Positions 9,066 through 17,584 of a stretch of 64,000 bases of DNA are shown piece by piece. Each line of letters starts with the position of its first letter. Positions within the stretch are counted from its first letter, which is position 1. Source of the DNA: Deltaproteobacteria bacterium UBA4427 (GTDB lineage Bacteria; Myxococcota_A; UBA9160; UBA4427); the NCBI GenBank assembly GCA_002390675.1, contig DGPZ01000019.1, positions 6,795 to 70,794 of the forward strand, written 5' to 3'. Both the position numbers and the translations under genes were made by a program. The notes below the pieces were generated by a model that searched no databases, was not told where the DNA came from, and was given only the letters and a program-made list of their open reading frames with translations.

Positions 9066-11344
9066 TGCGCCGTCGTCTCGGCATTTGGGGCGCCTCTGAG
9101 GAGTCGCTTCGACTCCTGCGCCTGCTGTCGGGCAATCCGGACGTCGAGGTGCTGCGCATCTTTGACGACTCCGTCGCGAGCGCTCTCGAACGAGCGCGCG
9201 GCATAGGGACCGCCCTCGCCCATCAAGTCGCTCCGCTTCTGCTCGACGACGAAGCTGCTTTTTTCGCCGAAACTGAATTCGATGCAATCATCGATGCGCG
9301 AGGCGACTTCGCGAGTCACGTGCCGGCCGGGCCACGCTCCGCCATTCAGGCTGTCACGCCACTCACCGCACGGCTACTTTGGGGTTACGGCGTTGCGCCG
9401 AGGGATCGCAAAGCTGAGCTCCTGCAGGCGCTGCATGAAGTTGTCGAGTCTGTCGACATGACCGTCGCGGCGGACGAACTCTTCGAGCGCATGCTTGAGA
9501 TCGCAGTCGGAGTCACTGGCGCTGAAGGCGGAAGCCTTATGCTTCTCGATCCCCGCGCAAACGTACTTCGCATTCGAGTCGCACAGGGCGTCGAACCCGA
9601 GTTGTGGCCAAAGATTCGCGTCGAACTCGGACAGGGTATCTCCGGACGCGTCGCCGCAGAAGGTCGACCGATCCATCTTCGCGGGCGAGCGGATGGCGCA
9701 AACTACGATCTACTCCGCGAGCGCGTTGACGTCGAGTCTGCGCTCTGTGTCCCCATGATTCATCATGGCAAGGTGCTAGGCGTCATCAACGTCCATCATT
9801 CACAGCGCGCCGATGTTTTTTCCGACGACGACCTCGCCTTCATGGAACAGCTCGCATCCCTCGATGCGCAGATCATTGCCCGCGCGCAAGAGCACGAGAG
9901 CCTCCGTAGTCAGGCTGCCCGCTACGACGCTATTCGCGAGGTGCAGCGCATCCTCAGCGGCGCAGCGAGCCTGACTGACCGCCTAGAAGAATTCTGCCGC
10001 TTCGTCGCGGAACGAGCTGGCCAAGGCATCGCACAGCTCTACTTGCGAGAAACGGATGGCGAACTCCGCATGGTCGCGACCTCCCTCGAGGGCAGCGGTT
10101 TCGGTGGTGAGTATCGACTTCCGCCGGACGCCGGTGTGGATGGCGACGCAGTTCGTCATCAAAGACCTGCTCTTCTGCGGTACGAAGACGGACGTATCGG
10201 CTACGCCGCGCTTCCTTTGGTAGCGGGCAAGCAACTGGTCGGCCTTCTTTCGCTCCAGGCCGGCGCGACTTCCGAACAGAATCGTGGAACCCTCGAATCC
10301 TGGCAAGAAATAGCTGCGGCAGCCGCCGACACCATCGCGCGCCGCAACAAAGAAGCGCGCATGGCCACCCAGGCCGAACGCGTCAACGTCATCAATGAGA
10401 CCTCAATCCGGATGCTCTCTTGCAAGGAACCTAACGAGGTCGCACGCCTCGCCACGTCTTCGGCGTCGATGATCCTCGAAGGTGATCACGCCATCTTGCG
10501 CCTGCAAGACCCGACGACGCGCCGTTATTCGATTCGCTCCTATTTCGGAGCCGCAGACGGCGAAGCGCAGGAAGCTCTCTTCCGGCTCGATAAGGCAGTG
10601 ACCGTCGACACCATCAGACGACGAGCGGCCCATCTCATACAAGACGCGAGCCTCGAACCTCAGCTCGGCGAGTTCGTCGACGAAATACGTTCGGTACTCA
10701 GTGCGCCCATCAAACGAAACGGCGAAGTAGTCGGCACCCTTGCGGTTTATGACAAGGTCGCGCTCGATCGGTTCTTTGCGAGCCGTTTCGATGATGAAGA
10801 TTTGCAGGTCTTCGGGCGCTTTATTTCGTACGTCGAGCGCGCGCTCGACCACGCACTCTCTCACCGTGAGAACCGCCAGAACCGGAACTTCGACGAAGAA
10901 ACCGGGCTCCCCAACGACAACTATCTCGGCAAGCGGCTCTCAGAAGAAATCGCGCGTGCCGCAGGACGCGAAAATGCCTTAGCCCTCTGCGTCTGCAAAC
11001 TCGAGAACCGCGCAGAGCTGACGGCCGAGGCGGGTGCGACTCATGTGGGTCGAATCATCGCTCTTCTCGCTGAATCCCTGAAGACCCATCTGCGGGAATT
11101 CGACGTACTCGCCCGCATCGATCGCGACGAATTCGCGGTCCTCATGCCCGAGCCAGGCCGTACGCCGGGAGAGCGAGTTTTTGAACTCGCCCGCGCCGTC
11201 GCGGACGAGGTTTCGAAGAACGAGTCTCTCAACCAACCGCTTCGAATAGGCCTAGCCTTCGGCTACGGAGTTCATCCCACGGATGGCGACGACCGCGAAT
11301 CTCTCATTAGGCATGCCCGAGAACCGCGCATCCGGATGGTCTAG
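9065..11344 (+). CDS. Multi-GAF protein with a C-terminal degenerate GGDEF domain (A-site DRDEF, I-site REFD retained)
   Basis: GAF signatures (GAEGGSLMLLDPRANVLRIRVAQG..GISGRVAAEGRPIHL..SALCVPMIHHGKVLGVINVHHS, plus further GAF-like blocks). GGDEF-domain start ETGLPNDNYLGKRL. Core LREFDVLARIDRDEFAVLMPE. TAATG overlap with the upstream GTPase gene. Confidence 0.8.
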   Translation: MRRRLGIWGASEESLRLLRLLSGNPDVEVLRIFDDSVASALERARGIGTALAHQVAPLLLDDEAAFFAETEFDAIIDARGDFASHVPAGPRSAIQAVTPLTARLLWGYGVAPRDRKAELLQALHEVVESVDMTVAADELFERMLEIAVGVTGAEGGSLMLLDPRANVLRIRVAQGVEPELWPKIRVELGQGISGRVAAEGRPIHLRGRADGANYDLLRERVDVESALCVPMIHHGKVLGVINVHHSQRADVFSDDDLAFMEQLASLDAQIIARAQEHESLRSQAARYDAIREVQRILSGAASLTDRLEEFCRFVAERAGQGIAQLYLRETDGELRMVATSLEGSGFGGEYRLPPDAGVDGDAVRHQRPALLRYEDGRIGYAALPLVAGKQLVGLLSLQAGATSEQNRGTLESWQEIAAAAADTIARRNKEARMATQAERVNVINETSIRMLSCKEPNEVARLATSSASMILEGDHAILRLQDPTTRRYSIRSYFGAADGEAQEALFRLDKAVTVDTIRRRAAHLIQDASLEPQLGEFVDEIRSVLSAPIKRNGEVVGTLAVYDKVALDRFFASRFDDEDLQVFGRFISYVERALDHALSHRENRQNRNFDEETGLPNDNYLGKRLSEEIARAAGRENALALCVCKLENRAELTAEAGATHVGRIIALLAESLKTHLREFDVLARIDRDEFAVLMPEPGRTPGERVFELARAVADEVSKNESLNQPLRIGLAFGYGVHPTDGDDRESLIRHAREPRIRMV

Positions 11345-11351
11345 GCGTCCG

Positions 11352-11510
11352 CGCCGTACGTAGCTCTTCCATATCCGGCAGTAGTTCGCGGCAAGCAATC
11401 AGCCCGAAGTCCAGTTGATCTCGGTAGCTCACGACGGTCACATTTAGCCCCTGACCGTCCGTAATCGCAGAGGCCGGATAGTAGGTCTGCGTTCCCGACC
11501 ACCCACAAGC
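11352..11510 (-). pseudogene. C-terminal relic of a WS/DGAT acyltransferase gene
   Basis: Minus-strand translation TQTYYPASAITDGQGLNVTVVSYRDQLDFGLIACRELLPDMEELRTA matches the C-terminal block of the two full WS/DGAT genes in this window (GLGITVMSYAGSLFFSFNCDPDIVPD; GLNITVLSYCGELHFGLVHDPALVPE). Nothing N-terminal to it is recognisable. Confidence 0.55.
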
Positions 11511-11691
11511 GACTCGCGGGGACGCGGCAAGTTCGAGATGATCCCGTTGGGCAAGCGCGCAGTGAGCCCCCGCCGCCGCGCGACACGCTCTATCCCAAAC
11601 GCAACGAGGGGGCGGCCAAATTGGCCACCCCCTCGTATGGAGTTCAGATCCTAAGCACGGCAGAACCGCCCTCACGTGATCTCGTACAGAC

Positions 11692-12948
11692 TTACTTCGT
11701 GTAGGCCTCAATCAGGACGTCTGAGGTCTCGGGCCGCATGATGCGCGGGTCCGGGCGTTCGCCGGCCTGCAGCATGGAGCGAACCTTCGTTCCGGAGATC
11801 CCAAAGGGCTTCTCGTCTTTGTGACGCTCGGTGAGGTCGACTCGGCCGAGGCTCTCGTAGAAGGCTGCGAAGCCGACCTTGCAGGCCTGGATCGAGAGAT
11901 CGCCGGGCAGCTTGTCGAAGATCTCATGGGCATCGAAGTCGCCCCAGATCGCTTCGCCATCTTCGAAGGGTGCGTCGGCGTGCTTGCGGCCGATCACGAT
12001 GTCCGAGAAGCCATAGTTCTGTCGGTAAATGCCGTGCATGACCGCTTCTGAAGGACCGCCGTAGAACATCTTGATATCGAGACCGATCAGCTCGAAGACA
12101 TCCGAGATGTCGTAGCCAGCCTTGTCCCAGATCGCCTGATCCTTGTCGCCTTCGCCGAGCAGACCCTCGCCGTGCAGTCGTCGGTAGCAGAGCATGCGCG
12201 TGGCGGCGGGAACGTCATCGCCCTTGAGCTCACCCATCAACGGGTTGAGTACGGCGCCAGCAAAATGTCCGGCGGCCGTGAGGGCTTCCACGCCGTATAC
12301 GAGTGCGTATTCATGTGCGCGATGAAGCGGGTTGCGAGTCTGGAATGCCAGCGCGCGTTCCCACTTCTTGCCGCGGATAAATTCTCGGGTCATTCGGGGC
12401 GAGAGCATGAACTCGCCGTAGGCCGAATTCCGGGGCTGGGGCAGAGCGCGGAGCGTGCCGCCGATCAGCTTGCCTCGGTCGTCGTTCGCGACGATGCGGC
12501 CACCGGGATGATCAACGCGCTCAGTGCCATAAACGCACTGGAGATACTTGGGCTTGTCCCAGTCAAAGACTTCCAGGTCTTCGATGATTGCGACGATATT
12601 GCCCGCCTCCGTCTTCACAGCGCAGGCGCCGCCAGCAGAGAGCGTTCCGGCTTCGACGTCGGTCAGCGGGAGCGAAATCGGAATGGTCCAGGCGTATCGT
12701 CCGCCCTCGGAGAGAATAACCTTCTCGTCGAGCGAGAGATCAAAGGCCGCCTTCTTCATAGGGCCGGTGAGCGGCGAAAGCGCGCCGTCGGCGATGCGGT
12801 AAATGGTCGAGAGATCGGCATCGGTCACGCGGATCGACGGGAGGCCACCGGCCTCGGACAGGAATGCCGCTTGGTCCTTGAAGGAGACAATGCGGTCGAC
12901 GGGCTCGGTAAGGCCACCGTGGACGGGAACGAGATCTTGCTGGCTCAT
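11692..12948 (-). CDS. sat: Sulfate adenylyltransferase (ATP sulfurylase)
   Basis: [17 protein letters not shown] motif, PUA-like N-terminal domain, length 418 aa. Confidence 0.9.
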   Translation of the reverse strand: MSQQDLVPVHGGLTEPVDRIVSFKDQAAFLSEAGGLPSIRVTDADLSTIYRIADGALSPLTGPMKKAAFDLSLDEKVILSEGGRYAWTIPISLPLTDVEAGTLSAGGACAVKTEAGNIVAIIEDLEVFDWDKPKYLQCVYGTERVDHPGGRIVANDDRGKLIGGTLRALPQPRNSAYGEFMLSPRMTREFIRGKKWERALAFQTRNPLHRAHEYALVYGVEALTAAGHFAGAVLNPLMGELKGDDVPAATRMLCYRRLHGEGLLGEGDKDQAIWDKAGYDISDVFELIGLDIKMFYGGPSEAVMHGIYRQNYGFSDIVIGRKHADAPFEDGEAIWGDFDAHEIFDKLPGDLSIQACKVGFAAFYESLGRVDLTERHKDEKPFGISGTKVRSMLQAGERPDPRIMRPETSDVLIEAYTK

Positions 12949-13144
12949 TTGAGGAAGCTTCCTTTTGTCCCCTTACGTCTGCGCTGCGCTGCGGATCGAT
13001 TCCGTGGCGAGTGCTGCATTCGTTACTGGGGACTGCGCTGGGTGTTATTCGGACTGGGTCGTTCCAGTCGTCGGCTGCTAGGCCAACCCCTTTTACCGCG
13101 CCATCCATCTTCTGTGCAAAGGCGGTGGGCAAAGAGTTGGGTCG

Positions 13145-14269
13145 CTACCAGACCGGAAACTCGGTCCAGCCCGATGGAAGGAGGATTCTCTCATCCTTAC
13201 CATTGAAGCGTCGGACCACGAGGCGGCGGCGACCGTATTGGAACTTCACGAAGGCGACGAATTGGCCATCCGGGGAAACAGTCGGCATACGCTCTTCCGT
13301 GCCCCCGGGGCCAATCGGCACTCTAGAAGTGCCGTCGAGCCTCATGCGCCGAAGTCGATAGCCCGCCGCCGACGGAGATGCAAACACGATCCATTCGCCA
13401 TCTGGTGTGAGAGAAGGCTCGCGCCCCTTGAGTAGCAACCTCTCCTCACCCAGGGCGCCGCCTCTGCCGGTCAGGGGCTGAATCGCGATAAAAGATTCAA
13501 AAACTGTCGGTCCATTGCTCCGCGGTCGCGTCAAGACCTGTTCGTACACCGCGTGCTCGCCGCTGGCGTCGATTCGCACCGTTCCCGGTGGTACGTTGTC
13601 GGCGAGTATCTCCCCGATCTCTCCGGCGATATCGACCCGGTGAATCGAATTCCGCGACGCTCCCTTGGATTGAGTCCGCGCCATCCGCTGCGCGTAGATG
13701 CGACCTGACAAATCATAATCACCCCTGGTGTGCTCACTCGGTCCCTGAGTCACCGGACGCAGATCCTTTCGGTCGACGTGATACTCGTAGAGTTGTTCGC
13801 GGTCTCCGCGATGTGCAGTCGCAATCAACAGACGTTTCCTATCGGCCGACCACGAGAGCGGAATCGAATTCGCTGGGGCTGCTTCGATCCGCTCCATCTC
13901 CCCCGTGCGCGGCCATATCAGCATCAAGCGGCCCGGATATTTCGCGAGTGCCCCTTGGATCTGCAGGATCACATCCCCGCGGAGATAGGCGCGCTTCCTT
14001 AACTCTTCTAGGCGATCCGGGTCGTTTCTGTCCGGCGGAAGCGGTGGCGCCTCCGATACCTTGGAGAAAGCCTCACTTCGCTTCTGACCCGCGCGATCCT
14101 CCCAATGCAGAAACGCGATGGGATTTTCAGGCAATTCCTCGGGAGCGAGCCGCAACTGAACGGCGCAGCCAAAAGAAGCCATCATCACAACCACAAGGGA
14201 CATGCCGACTATCCAGCGAAAGCTCTCGGCGGCAAACCGATTCGCTGATCTCTGAGACGGCTGCCTCAT
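13145..14269 (-). CDS. TolB-like WD40/PD40 beta-propeller lipoprotein
   Basis: Signal peptide with a lipobox-like MMASFGC. PD40-type repeats (LTPDGEWIVFAS; VSPDGQFVAFV; WSADRKRLLIAT). Confidence 0.7.
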   Translation of the reverse strand: MRQPSQRSANRFAAESFRWIVGMSLVVVMMASFGCAVQLRLAPEELPENPIAFLHWEDRAGQKRSEAFSKVSEAPPLPPDRNDPDRLEELRKRAYLRGDVILQIQGALAKYPGRLMLIWPRTGEMERIEAAPANSIPLSWSADRKRLLIATAHRGDREQLYEYHVDRKDLRPVTQGPSEHTRGDYDLSGRIYAQRMARTQSKGASRNSIHRVDIAGEIGEILADNVPPGTVRIDASGEHAVYEQVLTRPRSNGPTVFESFIAIQPLTGRGGALGEERLLLKGREPSLTPDGEWIVFASPSAAGYRLRRMRLDGTSRVPIGPGGTEERMPTVSPDGQFVAFVKFQYGRRRLVVRRFNGKDERILLPSGWTEFPVW

Positions 14270-14778
14270 TAAATGGCCTCCAGGCGACGACCTATAAATC
14301 GGCCCGCAGCATCTGCTCTTGGCTCGAAGACGCCTACCTCCTGCACCTTCCCGCGAAGCAGGGAAACGACGATCTGATCCGCATCAGGAAAGGGAAATAG
14401 CGGATGCGAAGCGAAGGCAAGGTCATCCGCTGAGAGATAACACCCCTGCCCGAAATGCGAGTGATAGACGGCGACGACTTGCTCGCCCCGGGCTTCCGCG
14501 TCCTGAATCGACCGCAAATATTCCACTTCCGACATGTAGTAGGCGTGTCGCGCATCGCGGGGAAATGCCGCGGGATCCGCCGCGTGCATCTTAGTCATCA
14601 CGTTCGTGACCCGCACGGCGCGCTCCGCCTGCTGTCCTGGCATAGCCAAAAGCAAGCCGCAGCACTCTTCCGGCGCGACATCGAGCGCGTGCTGACAGAT
14701 CTCATGCAACAGATCACTCGCCAGCGTTCGGCTCTCGAGTTCTGGGTCCAAGTCAACGCGATCTGACACGGTCTCCAT
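14269..14778 (-). CDS. JAMM/MPN+ (Mov34) metallopeptidase
   Basis: EECCGLLL and VAVYHSHFGQGCYLSADD (E..HxHx7Sx2D JAMM motif). The probable start is METVSD at 14778; the longest ORF reaches 14877. TAATG overlap with the downstream TolB-like gene. Confidence 0.75.
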   Translation of the reverse strand: METVSDRVDLDPELESRTLASDLLHEICQHALDVAPEECCGLLLAMPGQQAERAVRVTNVMTKMHAADPAAFPRDARHAYYMSEVEYLRSIQDAEARGEQVVAVYHSHFGQGCYLSADDLAFASHPLFPFPDADQIVVSLLRGKVQEVGVFEPRADAAGRFIGRRLEAI

Positions 14779-14966
14779 CCCCGCCCAGACAATCCAGGCG
14801 ATACTGGTCATACGGGGGGTTCGACCACAGCGGAGCTTAACCCCGTCCCGCCGGGGAATCGAGGTCTTTCCGGGCACGTTTTCGAACGGGCGTCCACAGA
14901 GGTAGGACTCGAGAAATCGAAGGACGAAGGTAGGTGTCCGCGGGGTCCAGAGATCCCGGGATTGAG

Positions 14967-15416
14967 TCAGATCTGATAGTCCATGCCGACCGGAAGGTCG
15001 CGATCGATCGACTTCCGCACCGCTTCACGACACACGTCCGACACCGCCAGCGATCCGAGCACACTCGCCATCCGCTCCGAGATGTCGCCCCAAAGAAAAT
15101 CCGGACGATGTCCAGAGGCTGGCCAGCCTTCTCGGTCGGCCGCATCCGCCGAAGCGAAACTTCCATCAACCGCCTCGACAACCTGAAGCAACGTGATCTC
15201 TTCAGGAGGCCGCGTCAGCACATATCCGCCACCCGGCCCGCGCTTTCCCGCAACGAGCTCCGCCCGCCGCAAGTCCTGAAAGATCTGCTCCAAAAAGCGA
15301 TACGAAATCGCCTGCCGCTCTCCGATTTTCTGGACGCGCACAGGCTCGCCAGCACCGTTATAGGCGAGGTCGAAGATCGCGCAGAGGGCATAGCGAGCAC
15401 GGCGTGATAGGCGCAT
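14967..15416 (-). CDS. Rrf2-family transcriptional regulator
   Basis: MRLSRRARYALCAIFDLAYNG..PVRVQKIGERQAISYRFLEQIFQDLRRAELVAGKRGPGGGYVL. The longest ORF extends to 15479. Confidence 0.85.
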   Translation of the reverse strand: MRLSRRARYALCAIFDLAYNGAGEPVRVQKIGERQAISYRFLEQIFQDLRRAELVAGKRGPGGGYVLTRPPEEITLLQVVEAVDGSFASADAADREGWPASGHRPDFLWGDISERMASVLGSLAVSDVCREAVRKSIDRDLPVGMDYQI

Positions 15417-15595
15417 GGCGAGCGCAAGCATGCATGACGACTGGCCCCCATGCCATCCGAGCCACTCAGAACTTCTCACGATCCGACTCGGCCAGGCAAT
15501 TGGAGGGCGTCCGGCCTTGCCTGCTCGGCGGTCCGCCGCGATGCTACCGCCCCCCGGCGTCGTGACTACGGTGCCCGCTCTGGAGATTCTCCCTG

Positions 15596-17578
15596 CTGCT
15601 CAGACTCGATGCACTCGAAAAGCGAATCGGCAGCCGATTGCTCTACGGCGACGCTTCGGTCGTCGTTCGCGCCGGAGATCGCATCGGAATCGTAGGCCCC
15701 AACGGCGCTGGCAAGACCACCTTGCTCAAGACCCTGATCGGAGACGAACCCTACGACGGCGGAGCGTTACATCTCGCACGCGGAACCCGCCTCGGTTTGC
15801 TTAGACAGGAAATCGATCCACACGCGCCGCATACGATCCGCGAGGAAGCGCGAACGGCCCTCTCGGATCTCGATGATCTAGAAGACGAACTCCGGCGCCT
15901 CGAAGTGGAGATGAGCGAGTGCGGCGCACGCGGAGAAGGCCTGCCCACCTCGCTGACCGAACGCTACGACACCGTCGGACTGCGATTCGAGCAAGGCGGC
16001 GGATTCGAGCGACATGCTCGGGTTGCGGAAATACTCTCAGGCTTGGGCTTCGAGGAAGAACATCTCGATCGCCCGCTCTCTACTTTCAGTGGCGGTTGGT
16101 TGATGCGAGTCGAGCTCGCAAAGTTGCTACTCGGCCAGCCCGAAGTCCTGCTGCTTGATGAACCGACAAATCATCTTGACCTTCCCTCGATTCAGTTCTT
16201 TGAAACGACCCTCGAACGATTCCCCGGCGCTGTGATCGTTGTCTCGCATGACCGGACGTTTCTACGCCGCCAGGTAAACCGAATCATCGAACTGGACGGG
16301 CGCGGTGGATTCAACCTCTACGAGGGCAGCTACGACCGCTATTTGGAACAGCGCAGCCAGCGACGCGAAGAACTTCTCGCACGCAAAGCCAACCAGGACC
16401 GCTTGATCGCCGAAAAAGAGCGATTCATCGAACGCTTTCGCGCCCAGGCCACAAAAGCAAAACAAGCACAGAGCCGTATTAAGGCACTCGATAAAATCGA
16501 ACGCATCGAGATCGAGCCCGAGGGCCGTCGTTCTATGCGGCTAAAGATTCCGGCTCCATCGCGATCAGGGGAGCGGGTGCTCACCCTTGATCAAATCCAC
16601 AAAGCTTATGAGGGCGAACCCGTTTACGAAGGCGTGGATTTCCACGTACAACGCGGTGAAAAAGTGGCACTCGCCGGGCCTAACGGCGCCGGTAAATCGA
16701 CACTTCTCCGGATCGCCGCGGGCGTCAGCGAATTCCAACAGGGCGAGAGAATACTCGGGCATAACGTCGACACCGCCTTCTTTGCGCAGCACCAACTCGA
16801 ATCGCTAGACCCGGGCTCAACGATCCTTGAAGAGTTGGCGCGCGAAGCACGAACGGATGAAGTGCCGCGCTTGCGTGGTCTGCTCGGCGCCCTGCTCTTC
16901 ACGGGCGACGATGTTGAAAAGAAGATTTCGATCCTATCGGGCGGCGAAAAAGCCCGCGTCGCTCTAGCCAAACTCCTTCTGCGGCCCGCGAATTTATTGA
17001 TTCTGGACGAGCCGACCAACCACCTCGACATCGAAGCCTGCGAGGTCCTCGAAGACGCGTTCCGTGAGTTCCAAGGAACCGTCCTATTCGTTTCCCATGA
17101 CAGGTCATTCATCAATGCCCTGGCGACCCGCGTCGTCGAAGTCGAGCACGGGCATCTCGAAAATCACCTTGGGAATTACGACGACTACGTCGAACGCAAG
17201 GCGCGGCGCGGGGGGGACACGTTGGCCCCAACACGCAAAGCGAGTCCATCCGCGATTCCCGGCGGCGGGCAACCCGCCTCGTCAGGCGAAGCAGCCGACA
17301 ATAAATCGGATCGGCAGCTCGACCGCGAGCGTCGCAAGGATCGCGATCGGCACACACGAAAAATTGCCCGACTCGAGGAACTGATCGCTGAACAAGAAGC
17401 GGAGAAAGCCGCGCTCACCGAGAAGCTTGCGGAGCCGGAAGTCTACGGCGACCCGGGGCGCATCCAGGCCATCCAGGGCGAGGAGAGCGAAGTCGACGCA
17501 CGGATCGAGGCGGCCTATGGAGAGTGGGAATCTCTCTCCGAGGCGCTCGCCGAAATTGAAGCCGTGCTCGAAAACTAG
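15596..17578 (+). CDS. ABC-F family ATPase (two ABC cassettes, no TM domain)
   Basis: Two Walker A motifs (GPNGAGKTT / GPNGAGKST), LSGGW/LSGGE signatures, LLLDEPTNHLD twice, and a coiled-coil C-terminus. Family homology (LLRLDALEKRIGSRLL) extends upstream of the first canonical start (TTG 15638), so the start is uncertain. Confidence 0.9.
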   Translation: MLRLDALEKRIGSRLLYGDASVVVRAGDRIGIVGPNGAGKTTLLKTLIGDEPYDGGALHLARGTRLGLLRQEIDPHAPHTIREEARTALSDLDDLEDELRRLEVEMSECGARGEGLPTSLTERYDTVGLRFEQGGGFERHARVAEILSGLGFEEEHLDRPLSTFSGGWLMRVELAKLLLGQPEVLLLDEPTNHLDLPSIQFFETTLERFPGAVIVVSHDRTFLRRQVNRIIELDGRGGFNLYEGSYDRYLEQRSQRREELLARKANQDRLIAEKERFIERFRAQATKAKQAQSRIKALDKIERIEIEPEGRRSMRLKIPAPSRSGERVLTLDQIHKAYEGEPVYEGVDFHVQRGEKVALAGPNGAGKSTLLRIAAGVSEFQQGERILGHNVDTAFFAQHQLESLDPGSTILEELAREARTDEVPRLRGLLGALLFTGDDVEKKISILSGGEKARVALAKLLLRPANLLILDEPTNHLDIEACEVLEDAFREFQGTVLFVSHDRSFINALATRVVEVEHGHLENHLGNYDDYVERKARRGGDTLAPTRKASPSAIPGGGQPASSGEAADNKSDRQLDRERRKDRDRHTRKIARLEELIAEQEAEKAALTEKLAEPEVYGDPGRIQAIQGEESEVDARIEAAYGEWESLSEALAEIEAVLEN

Positions 17579-17584
17579 CGCCAC

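Noticed and set aside
12949-13144. The 5' leader of sat, considered as a possible riboswitch (SAM or sulfur-responsive), plus the GGAAGCTTCC palindrome over the Shine-Dalgarno sequence.
   Set aside because: I could recognise no conserved riboswitch core. The palindrome has no loop and would not form a stable hairpin.
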